Assembly (NCBI RefSeq): GCF_009914755.1
Contig: NC_060930.1
DNA: 64,000 bases
Direction: 5' to 3' (one strand)
Origin: the human T2T-CHM13v2.0 reference genome, Homo sapiens
The notes under the pieces are model-generated. The model had not been told where the DNA came from. It worked only from the letters and a program-made list of their open reading frames with translations, and did not search any database. Position numbers and translations under genes: made by a program. Of the stretch, positions 42,994-58,272 are shown piece after piece (the first letter of the stretch is position 1; each line of letters opens with the position of its first letter).

Positions 42994-45059
42994 ATTTGAG
43001 AAAACAGCAGAAGCAGGAAGGTCTCTCTGACTGTCTCCCACCCTCCTGCCCTGAATAAGGCCTTCATTCCAGAGGCACCCATCCTATACACAGAGAAAAG
43101 GAATGTTCTTATCTCTGAAGACATACAGAAACAGAGAAGAATCTGAACAAACAGGCCTTGTTAAGTTTCTCCTAGTTTATTACCATTAGATCATACCCCT
43201 TTTATCCAATTATACTTCTCTGTAGCTATCTGCTTTTTCATCAAATTTAGCATAAAAATACACATTCTCTGTTTCTTTGGGAGTTTATTTCCAAAGGCTC
43301 CCAAGTCACATAAAACTTATTTTAAATAAATTTGTAATTTTTAAATTAATCTGTCTTTTGTTATAGGAGCCACAATCATGTACCTTGTGATGAGTAAGGA
43401 AAATATATTTCTTTTCCTTTACTGTTCAGGGTTTTTGCCCATTTTTAAGTGGAGTTATTTATTTTCTTGCTATTGTGTTGTCTGAGTTCTTTATATATTT
43501 AGTATATTAATCCCATTTCAGACATATCATTTGCAGATATTTTCTCCCATTCCAAAGGTTGTCTTTTCACTCTGTTGATTGTTTCCTTTGCTGTGCAGAA
43601 GAATTTTTAATTTGATCTGATCCCATTTGTCTATTTTTGCTTTTGTTACCTAACCTTTTGTTAGGCATTATTTGATCCACACTCATTCTTTTGGTGATCA
43701 CACCCAGCTTCCTGCCTTTAAAGATGCTGACTGCCCTCAAATTTATATCTCCAACCCAAACCTCTCTCCTGAACTTCAGCTTCACACACTTTAGTTGCCT
43801 AACTAGTATCTCCACTTGGAAGTTAGACATCTTAAATATATCCCAAAACTGAAATTTACAATCTTTATTATCTCATTCCAAGCTTTTTCTCCCTAAAGGC
43901 TTCCCTATCATAAATGATGGTAAATGTATATTTTCAGTCTCTCAAGCCAAAATATTTGGAACCATCCTTGAGTCTTATATATTTCTTTCACAGTTTATAT
44001 CCAAATTATCAGAAAATGCTATTTGGTCTACCTTCAAAATACACCATGTTGCAGTTGGTGTTTTGCTGGTGTTTCTGCTGTTCAGTAAGGGGTGGCTGTG
44101 ACATTTTCCTGGCAGTTTTTCTGCTTCCACTTGGGTAATTTCAAAATAACAGAAAAACAGAGCAAGCTAATGAATCAAAGGGTATAGCATGGGTGTGATA
44201 CTCTAATTGCTTCTAAGAATTTCCTTTTCTTCCAAGAAGTTTTGCTTAGAAACACATACACGTAGCTGAAAAAAGATGAAAAGTAAAGTAAGACTATAGC
44301 TCTGGTACAATGGTTTAATATGTTCTGTACAGGGTCTATCACATTCAGTGCTTAATGACTACTCACTGACACAAATAATACTATATTACATCTATATAGT
44401 GGCTTTCTATGCGCCCAGTGTTGTTATATGCATCTCATTCAACACACTTACTCTTTACAACAATCCTACCAAACACTGAAGTCCTTGAGGGCAGAGAGTG
44501 CTTTGCATCCCCAGACACTAGCAAAGGGCCTGGCGCTCAGTGACTGTCCAGGAAATGTTTGTTGAAGGGGTTGACTCACTGACATAGGCTTATTATCCTC
44601 GTTTTACAGCTGATAAAATAAGACTCAAAGAGATAGAATGACTTGTTCAATATCACCATGCTAATAACTGGGAGTCAGCCATCTTCTAATTCCCAAGTAA
44701 GTGTTCTCCACAATAATCACAAGCTATAATTACTTCGGAATGAGTTATGGCATCTCTGTAAAGCAGGATATAACACATTAGAGTAATAATCTAACACAGT
44801 ATGATTGCTAAAGTTTTAGTGCAGATCTCTGCTACAAAAGCAAAGCTAAACGTTGGGGCAATATTTTGCCAGAGATCTTAGTTATTTGCTTTTGCAACAA
44901 AGAGTCCACACAATGAGAGAATGCTATGGGGCTTCCAGAAAGATGGTCATCTCACCTCTATTTGAATACTGCTCCCGGACAGCCCACTCAATATTGGAAT
45001 TCTTTACTGTTAGAAAGATATTTCTTATTTAATATAACAAATATCTACTGAATTTCTAC

Positions 45060-45855
45060 TGTCACTGAATCAAAGCTAGGTCTACTCACTCAGTGCAATA
45101 CAGTGCACTGAAGCCAAACATCCACAGAGAGGTTTTACAGCAAGAGAAAGGAGGGTGTTTACTTGCAGGACACCAAAAAAGGAGAATCAGGAAGCTCATG
45201 CTTAAGACTCAACCTCCCTGGTGATTTACAAGCAAGGGTTTTGAAAGGCAGGGGTATATTTAAGGAAAGCAGAAGTTAAAGGCAAAATCATGAATCAATA
45301 CATGGAGGTTATACACTGATTTGGCCTAAAAAGGCTGGATATCTTGAAGTGGAGGCTTACAGATCATAGGGAGATTCAAAGATTCTCTGAATCGCTGTTG
45401 GTTAAAGAAGAGAAACTTTGTCTAAAAACTTGGGGTCAGCAGAAATGAATGTTAGTGTCTGGCCTGTGGGAATGACTTTCTCCAGGCCTCTCAGGAAGAA
45501 ATTTAGGACATAGAACCGCCATCGGAGTTCAGTCCTCAGTTCCCCCTTATCTGAGGTCTATGTGCCGGCAGATGGCATTGTCTATTTGGTGGGGTCTAGG
45601 TTTCTGAAAAACAACTCAAGGACATATGTTAAGATGTTATCTTTAGTTTCTACAGAAAAACAAACATCTTGTGACTCTAACTTCCTTGGCTATTTTCTTA
45701 AGTTATTATTACTTGCTTGCTTATCAGGTTGCCTATTTCCTTCTCAAGGATGGGCAGGTGCTGAAACTTTCCTTGAAGGAACTCAAGATTGTCCTTTATT
45801 TCTGTGCTTGGCGGTTGAGGGAGCAGCAGGCCCCCAAGAGTGGTGGCTGCTCTAA
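45060..45855 (-). mobile_element. ERV1 MER4-group solo LTR (MER101-like)
   Basis: 4-bp TSD CTAC; aagccaaacatccac, ggagaatcaggaagctcatgcttaagac, ggttatacactgatttggcctaaaaagg. Confidence 0.65.
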
Positions 45856-45949
45856 CTACTATCAGTCGTTTGGAGTTTTCTACTCCATATGTTTAATATT
45901 TGTCTGCCTCCCTACCCTACTCCACCTACCTTTTTAAATCTCTGAAGAC

Positions 45950-47495
45950 TACTATCATACCTACTCTAAGTAGCCCCATTCCTTCCTTCTGGGTTATTTG
46001 CAACCATGTTTCATGTGACATCATGTCCATATTTCTCATCATCCTGGTCCTCATGCTCTGAATAAAAATTAGATTATCACGAGTCCTCTTAAAATGTACT
46101 TAGCATAACTTAATATAATTCCTCAGGATAATTTGAAAATGCAGGATTTAGAGGCTAGGTCTTCTCTTGCTTGACTCTCCCTAACTTTAGTTGACAGAAT
46201 TTCAAATAATTGCCTTTTTTTCCCAAATGTATTGCTTCATGTAGAGTATACTAAATGTATGTTCAGCTAAAGAACAATTTTTTCAATTCACAGAAACTTT
46301 TGCCCAGAGAGCTGCACCAAGCCTGTGTACTCACAATTTTTTAAAGATTCTAATAAACAACTTCATAATTTTCTTGAAGTTCATCTTCATTGTTTCTGTA
46401 TAGCTTTTGACATTGAAGGCTAAACACACCGAGTTTGCAGGCCAATTTTACCTAAACAGTAATTCTTCCTCAACCACAGGTAAAGTCCTGGGCTTGGGCT
46501 ATTCTTACCTTAGCAGCTCTTGGTAAACTATGCATTTCTCAGCCCATCCTTGAAATCTCATGTCCCACAGGATTTGCTGTAGTCCCCTAAGTAGGACCCA
46601 TTGGACAGAAGCACTTTCCCCACAAGCCCTCCTGAAATCAGCATTTGCATTACTGGGTTTGACCTTAGTTTTCTGATTGCTAGCCACCTCTGGATAAGTG
46701 CTTGACCTGATTTTCTTTATGTTTAGCTATTGGCCAGGGTCATGTTCTAACTGGGTAGAACACTTGGCATCTCAACTTCATTCTGTCACCTTCTATATGA
46801 AAATTTCACTGGCTCTGTTCTGCCCACCAGATTGGACTACCGTAGATATTGATAGCTGCTCAATCAAGCTGAGGTTCACAGTATCCTTTTGGACAGGTAT
46901 CTGGACTGCATGTCTTCCTTTTCTAAGAGTGGCCTTACAGCTGGATCAAGTCCCCTAAGTCCTGGCTTCATCCCAAGTTCTAGCCTCCATCTCTCCTAAT
47001 CTGCCTGTGTACATCTATGATTTCAGCAAGCTTCAGTCCAAAACCAAGCCTGCTAAAACTCCTGTAATAATCTTTCACTTGAACTTGTCTCTCATAAACA
47101 GTTGTCCACACTTTGTTGATTTGATAAGCTTATTTTTTTCTCCACTCAACTTGTGAACAACACAACAAAAAATGTTGTTCAGTCTTTTCCAGTACAAGAA
47201 GAAAGAAAAAAAAAAAAGGTTGACTTGAGCTATGTCAGCCTGTGTGAGGCTTCTCTCTAGTTTTTAAAACAATCACCAATCAAAACTGTTTGGGTAAGGT
47301 TGCTTAAGCATACTATAATTGAATTCACATTTTACAATCTTATAGTGGAAACAAGAAAGATGTAGTCAAATATTTGCCTAATTTAATGCTATTTCAAGGA
47401 CAGTCTCTTAATCCACTAATCCTAGTTTAAAAAGAGAAGAAAGTTGAGATTTATTTGGCCTGTGTTCTTCCTAGTGAACCTATTTTAGTCCCTCA
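45950..47495 (-). mobile_element. L3/CR1 remnants (patchy)
   Basis: tttggcctgtgttcttcctagtgaacc and catcatcctggtc...cctcttaaaatgt resemble antisense L3. Confidence 0.4.
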
Positions 47496-49074
47496 TACAC
47501 ATGCTTACCGATTTATAGTTATTGCAACTACAAACAGATGGAAACAGCCTGGGATTAGTTAAATAGTGGCAAGAGATGACTCCTACAGGTAACAGGTTCC
47601 CTTGACAGAGAATCACAGCACCTTTTTTAAGACCGTTTTGAAGTATGTTCCTTAAGTAGTTTAATAAATAAACAACAAGAGTAATGTAGAATTTTTAAAC
47701 AGAGTTTTACATCTTCTCTCAGAATGAAAAGAAAGACGAATTTTGGCATTTGTCAGACCTGGTTTCAACCTACAACTAGACAGCTACATGACCTGAAGGT
47801 CTTTAATTTTGAATTTCCCTGTGTGTCAATGAGAGCATAGTATCTTACAGCTTGATTGCCAGGATTAAACTAAAATGTAAAGCAACTAATATGTAAGAAT
47901 TTAATAAAGGTAAAATCCCTTTCTCTTCATTCTCTTCTAAATGTTAATCTAAAGTTTCTTATACAATTAATTTTCCTCTTTAAGATTTAGTTTCCTGTTC
48001 TATATAACAGAACAAAACTTTTATAAAACATATTGTCACCATTATCTCCTTTCAATATCTTCCAACTTACCCTAAGTGAATACTAGTTTCCAACTTTCTT
48101 CAGCCATATAGAAACATGGGAAAAATTAGTAAAATAGGTATATTCTCCCCAGTTACTAAAAGGGTAATGAAGTGCTCATACTAATGCTTTTGAGAATATC
48201 CTATTTTATTTAGATTGGGTATATGTGATTATATTAAATAAACAGTATTCTTTTAAAACACGTAGACCTTGCACATAACTCTCCATATTTGGGGGTGGAA
48301 GGTGGGCTTTCCGAATGTTCCCCTCTCCACCAGCCCATTTCTCCCAGGCTGCTCTCTTTAATGGGTTATTCCTGTCACACATGACTAAACTACCTGACAT
48401 CGCCATTTTTTTCACATGGAAGCATCTAGTTAAATCTGCTACTCCTGCTGCCATTTAGGGGATATTGTTTCATCTCCACCTATATGTGTACCTTATTTAA
48501 AAAAACATTGTTTTCGTTTTCCAACTACTGTCTGCAGTCATCCTCTGATGCCTTCCACATAGTGGGGACTCAGCAATCAGGACCAGCTTATTCTCTCCTG
48601 GACCTTTTGCTCCCCAAAATCTCCCCTATTTTTTCAGTGCTCTCAGGTGGTCCCACACTTGATGCTTCTAAAGCCAAAGTCTCATTCGTGGCAACAAATA
48701 ACCAAGCAAACCCCATGCCGTGTCAGCCAGCCAGGGCACCCAAATTGTCTTCTTCAATGGCCATGGCATGACTTTCCAGGTTCAACCAATCTCAAGGCAG
48801 CTTTGGAACAATCAAGAAACACTTATGCCCTAGGTTCCAACTAATATGTGGGAGGCAAGCACACAAGAAATTAGAAAGAAATTGCCAAAGAGTATACTAT
48901 TTACAATTATTTTCTTTATGTTACATTTTATACAACCTTACAGAGCTTTGTAACGGCTAGAATGTCTAACAAGCCCAGAAAATATCCTCTACCTCCTCTC
49001 TTACCTTGAGCTGACATTTTTTAAAAACAAGTAATCAATTGAAAGACTCTCGAGTACCTAAAAGAAGCAGGGAA

Positions 49075-49280
49075 AGAACTGGAAGCCCTGTGTTTGAGTC
49101 AAATTCAAAATTTGCTTAATGACCTTGGGTAAATTGCTTTGCCTCTTTGAGTCTGTTTCCTCATCTATAAATGAGAATGACATTATCTTCTTCCTAAGAC
49201 TATTGTGAGGGATAAATGAGAGTATATTTGAAAGGATTTCAGAAAATATAAAGTGCCAAACATATGGTAAGTGCTATCAT
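49075..49280 (+). mobile_element. MIR
   Basis: gaccttgggtaaattgc...ctgtttcctcatctataaatgag...ttgtgaggataaatgag. Confidence 0.75.
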
Positions 49281-49779
49281 CCAATTGCAGCCAAATAACA
49301 GAGTAGAACCACTCATCAGATGAGGGGGAAGCTACAAAATGTGCAATTTGGATCAGCGCATGAATTTCATTCCCCAAACCACAAAATTATCATCCCTGCT
49401 TCAAGTCACCATACTGGTCTCTCACATCTTATAGAATGTGTATTTTCAAAAACAATGGGTAGAGATTTCCAGGGCTCTGGAAAATGGAACTGTTAGCCCT
49501 GGGAGTTTCAGAAGAGAAATACAAATATTGATCTTAAAATAAGCTCATTATGTGGCATTTTGTTAGTGTTGACTAGAGAAATAACAAAAAGATTTGATGT
49601 AAATGTGATTTAATCTCTCATGGAGAATTAATGTCTTCTCATATGTAGACATAGATAATTTTCTAAGGTAAACTATATTTTTCCTACTTACTTTGCAATC
49701 ATTTCTACCATATTTCCTAATCGCCCCTCACCTCCTCCACTCTAATCCTATGGGAAAGCCTTTGCCCATCCCTGTCTGT

Positions 49780-50690
49780 TCGTTTGCCTTATCAGTTTGC
49801 CATCTACTTGTTGTCAACCCCCAAATACATATCTCCAGCACAGACCCCTCTCTTGATGGACAGACTTTGATTTCTGACTGCCACTCAATGCCTCTACTTA
49901 AATGTCAAACACATCTCAAATTGAACTCCTGATCTGTGCTCTCTCTCTCTGTACCCATAGTTTTCTCCGTCTTAGTTAATGGGTACTCATTTTCCAGTTG
50001 GTTAGACCAAACACTTTAGAGTCACATTTGCACATTCATTCTATCAGGAAACCTTATTAGCCCTACTCTTCAAAACAAATACCAGTCTAACCACTTCTCA
50101 CTGATGCTACAGCTACCATTTTCGTCATAGCCACCAACATCTATTGCATAGGATACACAATAGCCTTTTGAAACTTACATCAGTATATGCCATGGCTCTG
50201 CTCAAACCCCTCCAGTGGTAACCCACAGTACTCCAGGGAGAGCCTGACAAGAGCTGGTTCTACTGGTACCTCTATGACCTCATTATCCTATTCTTCTACC
50301 CCAACTCACGCTGCCTCAGCCACACTGGCCTTTTTACTGTTCTGTGAATATCCAGGCACATTCCCTTCTTATGACCTCTGTACTAGTTTTTTTATCTGCC
50401 TGGTGAATGCCCTAAGAGATCCATATAGCTAACTCCTTCACATTGCTCACTTTCTGAAGGAGGCCTGCACTGACCATCCTATTTAAAATTGCAATTCCCC
50501 TCCCTGGCACTACAGATCCATCGTATCTTCTTCTTATTCTTTTTTTAATCTTCTCTAAATGTATAGTACTAATAACTCCAATATGGTCTTTATTTTTTTT
50601 TCTGTCTTTCTGTATTCAAAAATAAAACCACAAGGACAATGTCTCAGATAGAGTACCTGGCACTCAGAAGATATTTGTTAAATAAATGAC
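49780..50690 (+). mobile_element. L2 3' region
   Basis: cccaaatacatatctccagc..., ctctgctcaaacccctccagtgg, agagtacctggcactcag...atttgttaaataaatga. Confidence 0.72.
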
Positions 50691-50735
50691 TTCAGTCTCT
50701 CGGTTTTCTAGAATCTTGAAAGTTGGGTCATGGCA

Positions 50736-51261
50736 TGTATTTGTTTCCTATTGCTATTCTAACAAGTGACAAGTAATTTTGTGTCATAAAACAAGATAAA
50801 TTTATCCTCCTACAATTCTAAAGATTGGAAGTCTAAAATAAGGTTTTCAGCAGGATGTCCTCCTTCTGGGGACTTCAGATCTCTGTTTCTTTGCCTTTTT
50901 CAGTGCTAGAGATTCCCTGTACTCCTTGGCTCATAGTCCCTTCTTATCACTCCACCTTCTTGCTTCTGTTGCCATATTTCCTACTACTCTTACTCTGATC
51001 TCCTGCCTCCCTCTTAAAGTATCTTAAAGAAGCAGTAAATGGTTGAGGTGATTAGGGCCATTAGTAGGGCCATTATTAGAGCCATTAGACTTGTGATTAC
51101 ATCAGGCCCACACAGATAATCCAGGATAACTTTCCCATCTCAAGATCCTTAATTTATTCACACCTGCAAAATCCCTTTTGCCATATAAAATAACATTCAC
51201 AAGTCCCAGGACTTAGGACTTGAACATCTTTTGGGTGGAAGGATAATATTCAACCTACCAG
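50736..51261 (-). mobile_element. MLT1D-like MaLR LTR
   Basis: tgtatttgtttcctattgct ... gataatccaggataac...ccatctcaagatccttaat...tgcaaaatcccttttgccat ... caacctacca. Confidence 0.78.
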
Positions 51262-52269
51262 GTTGAATATGAGAAACAGCTAAAACTACAACAGCTGAAC
51301 AGATGTGAATGAAACTACTACAAAACTATATTTGCCAGTGGAGCAGGCACAATAAGGAATAGCCAAATTGGGGTTCAAGCTTTATTCAAATAACTTGGGA
51401 GACAAATAATATAATTTATATTTAGGCACCTACTGGAGATAGAAAGAAAACCAGTAGATTTGGGTTACAGAAGTTTTGATCAAAGAGCTAAGAGACAAGA
51501 GTGAGAACTTGGTCCAGGGTGAAACACGGCAATTCTCCTAAGCCACATAAAGGATTTTGGACTTGGTTCTAAGGGAAATTGGAAACCACTGACAGGGCTT
51601 ACATAGGAAAGTGGCCTAATAAGACATACATTTTGAAACATATCACTCTTGCAATAATGTGGGAAAAGAGTGAAGAGCAAGAGAATATGTGAAAAGACCA
51701 CTTGGGAGAATGATGCAGTAGTCAAGGTGATAGAAGCTTGCTATTGTATTGAGTCTTAGTTTCCTCTCTGTCAAATGAAGATCACATTATTATCAGCCTC
51801 ACCTAGCTTTTGCAATGATTCAGTAAGAATACACATAAATCACCATGTTGGGTACATAAACAGTGCTGGCTACTGGCATTGTAACTCTGTGTTATCTATT
51901 CCTAATACAAAATTACAGAGCTACTGCTTAAAAGGAAATAAGGTATTGATTATATCTAAAACAAGGTATTTAAAAACCGATAAAACATTGACCTAAGCAC
52001 AACAGGATAAGAAGCTACCCTCTGCACTGTCTGATTAGGTTGAGAAAATAGGTCTTTCCACACCTCTTGCTAAATTAGTAAGAGACGACAGCGAGCTCAG
52101 AGGGAACTTTGGGCCCTGGATGTTAGTAACAGGGAAACAGGGAGAAACAAAATCACCACAGTGACATTTGGTTGCCAAAGATGCAATATTATGAAAATGA
52201 ACAATGTTGAGGGTCTCAGAAGTGCTTTTTCTTGTGTCTCCAAGCAATGAGGTCGAATAGTATTGAGTA

Positions 52270-52500
52270 TAGGAATAGACTTGGGCATGGCAAGTGAGCT
52301 CAAGTTGTGGCTCTATCATTTACTAGGCTTACCATTGGGAAAGTAATGTAAACTCTCTGAGCTTCAGTTACCACTTCTGAAATTAAGATAACAACAGAAA
52401 TATATTACATAATGACTTTTCATCAGAATTTAATGAGAAAATGCTTGCAAAGTGCTAACACAGTGCATGACACAAAGTACTCAAATAGTTGTTATTATAT
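52270..52500 (+). mobile_element. MIR
   Basis: tggctctatcatttactagg...ctctctgagcttcagtt...aaagtgctaacacagtgcatgacacaaagtactcaaata. Confidence 0.7.
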
Positions 52501-54489
52501 TATTTATGCTGTAGCCTTTTTTTCTTATATGTTGTTCAGTCCACTATCTTTCAAGAAATTGTGAAATAGCATCCTGAAAGTTAAGGGAGGCAGAAAAGAG
52601 ACCAGAAAGGAAGCAGCAGAGAGAATACTAGGGTCAATATCAAGTCATCTTTACCAAGCAGAGAACACACTCGCCTATGATTCAAGCAAGGATGGGGAAT
52701 TGTGTTGCAGTCGAAGTGTGTCAGCAAAGAGCAGACTAAGAGCCAGCAAGGGAAGATATAGGTCAGAGCCAAGGGGAAGACAGAATGACAGTATCGACAA
52801 GAAGAGGTCATCTCCTGGAGTGTCTGGCTTACTGTCGCCAGGAATCCAACAGCCCACAGGAGGAGGAGGAGGATAAACGAGAACACCGGGCATACTCTTG
52901 AACTGCAGCTGCCTTCTCTGAAAATACAGGCACATTAACTCTCCTTAGATGAAAAGGGGAAAGAAACTCTGTTTGCAGTCTTTTCCAGAGAGGATTGAGT
53001 GCCTCCTATTGGAGTGCGAAAAAGAACCACTTAAAACAAGACGCTGTTGTCAACAAATAAAATTAGGAAGACAAATCTCATCAGATACTATCAAGACTAA
53101 GAGAGACTAGTACTTCTGAGCTTTCCAATAGATTTGGACTGCCAAGGTTTATAAGTTGCATATGGCTAGGAAAATAAAATAGGTAATCTAATTTTCCAAA
53201 AGCCAAGGGAGTGTGAGTCAAAGATAAGAAAAGAAGGCTTACATAAATAAGCCTCCTCAGGAGGAGAATGGGAGAGTTGCCTAATCCACATTCTTCCCTT
53301 TTGATGTCCCATGAACTCAGGCTGAGAAGAACACATTTAATGCTATGGGAAGGAAGAACTTGGATTTTTGTCTCAGCAAAGTACGTAGAACAGGCACTTT
53401 GAATAGCTGCCATAAGATGAATTTAGAAATTTTCAGAACTATAAAGTATAAGATGTCTTCAGCAAACTAGATATGATTGGTTACAGGTTATGCCCATACA
53501 AAAAAACATTTCAATGGCTCCCCATTGCCTAATGATTACAAGATCCTCCCCCTGGTTTTGAAAAAATCTTCCCTTTCTCTGTTCAGTCCCTATGGTGGGA
53601 TAAGGAAACCCTGAGTGTCCCAAGTGCCATTTCACCTGTGTGTGAAGACTGACAAGAGGATGCCCAGTCCAAATTCTAAATTCCCAAGAAAAAAGGACCG
53701 TCCATCTCAAGGCAAGCATCCACTCTTGGTCCAATTACACATAGTGAGCCCCACACCACAAACATGGCTCCCAGAACATGTGCAATGGGGAAAGGAAACT
53801 GTGGATTTGTTAGAGATCCTAAAGTGTGTCCAGATTACTTTTCCCTCTCTTTATCTCCTGATTGCTACACTCGATCACATTAGACCTGTTGGAAAAATAA
53901 ATGACACAGGACTTCAAGGCCAAGGTTTGGAAAATGGTCAGTATATGTGCTTAGGCTCATAAATCTTAACTTATATTGTACCTTCCTAAGCTTAAAGGGC
54001 ATGGCTCTTAGTAAAAGTGACAAAATCACACCAAGGTGGGGATGTTCAGGGTGCAGGTTCTCTGGTATGTGCTGGCTCCTTACCAGGGAACAGGTGTAGA
54101 TGCCAGTGCACATGTCATGGAAGCCTGGCACTGGGGTATTTCGAGTCTCTTTTAAATCTATGTCACTTTGAAATGATAGTGTTATTACCTTAAAAAGATC
54201 ATCAGTGCCATATGGTTGAATTAGTCTCAGTTGATTTTTGCCTAAGTCTCACGCCTGTAGCTACAGAATAGCACCTAGTTCTCATAGATGAGTGATCATT
54301 CGTCTGCAGAGCCACAGGGCCCAGGAGGTACTGAGCATGACAGACTTGGCCATGGCCTGTCACACAGGTCCCACTCAGTGCCCCCACAGAAAGAAGCCTC
54401 TTCCTTATCCTTCCAAGTGGTGCAGTATCTCCCTTCTTCCCATCACTAGAACACTGGGGTTTTGTCTCCCGGATTAGGTTGTAAACATT

Positions 54490-54690
54490 ATGGCACTGCT
54501 TTGCTGTCAGTTTGAATCCTGGCTCAGCCACTTAACCATGTGACCTGGGAGAGAGAGTTGCCAACTGAGAAAAAGGAAATAAAAATATCACCCTCTTAGG
54601 TGTGCTGTGAAAATTAAAAGGCAATGTATATAAAGCACATAACATGCTGCCTGGTACAAAGGAACTGCCCAATAAAGGCAAATAACATCA
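54490..54690 (+). mobile_element. MIR
   Basis: tttgaatcctggctcagccactta...tgtgacctggg...gtgctgtgaaaattaaa...taaagcac. Confidence 0.7.
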
Positions 54691-54861
54691 ATATTATTTT
54701 TTGAGAGAAGAGTCAGTATCTTACTGCTATTTGCATGCAATGCCTGTACCTAAGTACAAAAACAATTAATTAAATAGAAAAATGGCCACTCCAGGACAAT
54801 GCCTCCAGCCACCTGACACAGAGACTTGCCAAATGCCTAACGTGAAGACACAGCATTGGCA

Positions 54862-55025
54862 GGTTGCTAGACTTGCCTATCTTCTTTGAATCCCTCTTTG
54901 GTTGCTAGACTTGCCTGAGTTTTTCAAATCCCTTTAGAATCCTACCTATCTGTGGATGCTAGACTTGCCTCTGTGGTTGCTAGATTTGCTTGTCTTCTTT
55001 GAATCCCTTTAGAATCCTATCTATC
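54862..55025 (+). repeat. Irregular array of a 17-bp motif GGTTGCTAGACTTGCCT (4 copies)
   Basis: Copies at 54862, 54900, 54954 and 54975; secondary unit aatccctttagaatcctayctatc occurs twice. Confidence 0.88.
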
Positions 55026-56187
55026 ACATGTGGGTAAGTTCTAGGAGTGTATTAGCCACAAATATCCACTGAGCACCTATTATGTGCGAATTACTGGCTT
55101 TTAAACATTGGAGACACCTGATGAGAAAAAAAAAGACCCTGTTCTCAAGGTGCCAACCATCTCATTCCTGAATGCATTATCTACTTTAACTCTTAATGTT
55201 CACCTCGTGTTCACTAATTCAAAAATTTACACAATTCCATGGTTTGCAATGATTTCAGATTTTCCAGCTGAAGCAGCAGCATCTTTTCCAGTTGACAGCA
55301 TCCCTCAGGCCACCACTGTCAGCCCTACTCTTGCTCTGGTTCTATTACAACAGCATCAGGGCCACTGCTGTCATCATAACTAACATTCACAAATGATGGG
55401 TACAATTTACAAAGTATTTTGTGTAAATTATCTCATTTATTGTATCCAGATGGGATACGTATGGGTTGCTTTACCATAGCTCTATACAGCACAGTCTCTG
55501 CTCGTTTTTAGCATCTTTTTAAATAAGCCTAGATGCTCAGTTTTCTTTTTGTCCACAACAGGTCACTGAGTCTTTGTCTTTATGTAACAATTTATATGTT
55601 ATCCACCAAGCTTCTCTTCTAGGTTCAGACTCAGGGTAACACATTTTGTGTTTGAAATTTTGTGTTTCTCCCAAATCGATGGCTTTGTACTTACCATCCT
55701 TTGAAGGTCATCTGCTACCTTTGCACCCATTCAGAGTTTGTCATTCTTACAGTCCGAAGTCAGATCCCAAAGCATCTTCATTCTGAAATGATCTTATGCT
55801 GCCCTAGGAAGGAAAGTTTCTTATTTTTATTAATTTTTATCAACTAAACATGTATCTTAGTCATAACATTTAAAATCTTAGTCATTACATTTCTCTACCT
55901 ACAGAATTCGTTTTCCTTATTTTCTTCTGTGGGTAGTTTCCTATTAAATGAGTCTGACAGAGCCATAGAAGTTGCACATGTACCAGGATATATTTTGGTG
56001 TAAAAGTTTGAGAAATAATTTTAAAATCTCAAACACATCTATCAGTTTCCCTCTACCTCAATTCTTCTTCACTCTCACTCAGGATGATGCAATACTGCTC
56101 CATGGTGAATTACCATGGCCATTCTGGTGGGTCAGTGCTCATGCCACATTAGTGATTGAAATTTGACTATCACTCATGTGTCCATAA

Positions 56188-58038
<1,851 letters not shown>

Positions 58039-58272
58039 GTTTATGTGTATATATTTTGACATAAATAGACCATTTTTAAATATCATTTAACTTCTTAGGG
58101 AAAAAAAACTGATATGAAATCTCAAGTTAAAAATGGCTAAAAGAAAATTCTATTTGCCTAGTAATTCCTATGCATAAATCAACATGTTCAAGGAGAGGAT
58201 GAGGATCAACATTATTTGTAACTATACCAACTTTCCAAGGACAAATAGTTCATAATTTCTAAGGAAGCCTTC

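Larger units (their letters stand above)
42111..43421 (+). mobile_element. MER34A-like ERV1 solo LTR, interrupted
   Basis: tgatggggttcaggaca...ggcattt|gagaaaacagcagaagcaggaagg...gagaagaatctgaacaaacaggcc...aaataaatttgt. Confidence 0.78.
41185..43640 (-). mobile_element. L1MA8/9-like LINE split by a MER34A-like LTR
   Basis: gtggaatggctaaatcaacctaattaacatatg 3' end; L1 text breaks at atgtctat (42110) and resumes at ctgttcagg...gcccattttt (43422). Confidence 0.85.
40351..44050 (+). mobile_element. L2 interrupted by an L1MA/LTR/Alu stack
   Basis: L2 motifs (gtcaaaatcaccaatgatct, caaatttatatctccaacccaaacctctctcctgaac) at 40351-41170 and 43650-44050. Confidence 0.65.

Noticed and set aside
46500-46640. 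Strong minus-strand donor (AAG|GTAAGA) suggesting an antisense lncRNA exon
   Set aside because: The matching acceptor is weak and no exon chain can be supported from sequence alone; stranded RNA-seq would be needed.
54862-55025. CRISPR-like repeat-spacer appearance
   Set aside because: Eukaryotic context, 17-bp repeats with very uneven spacers that are related to each other, and no cas genes.
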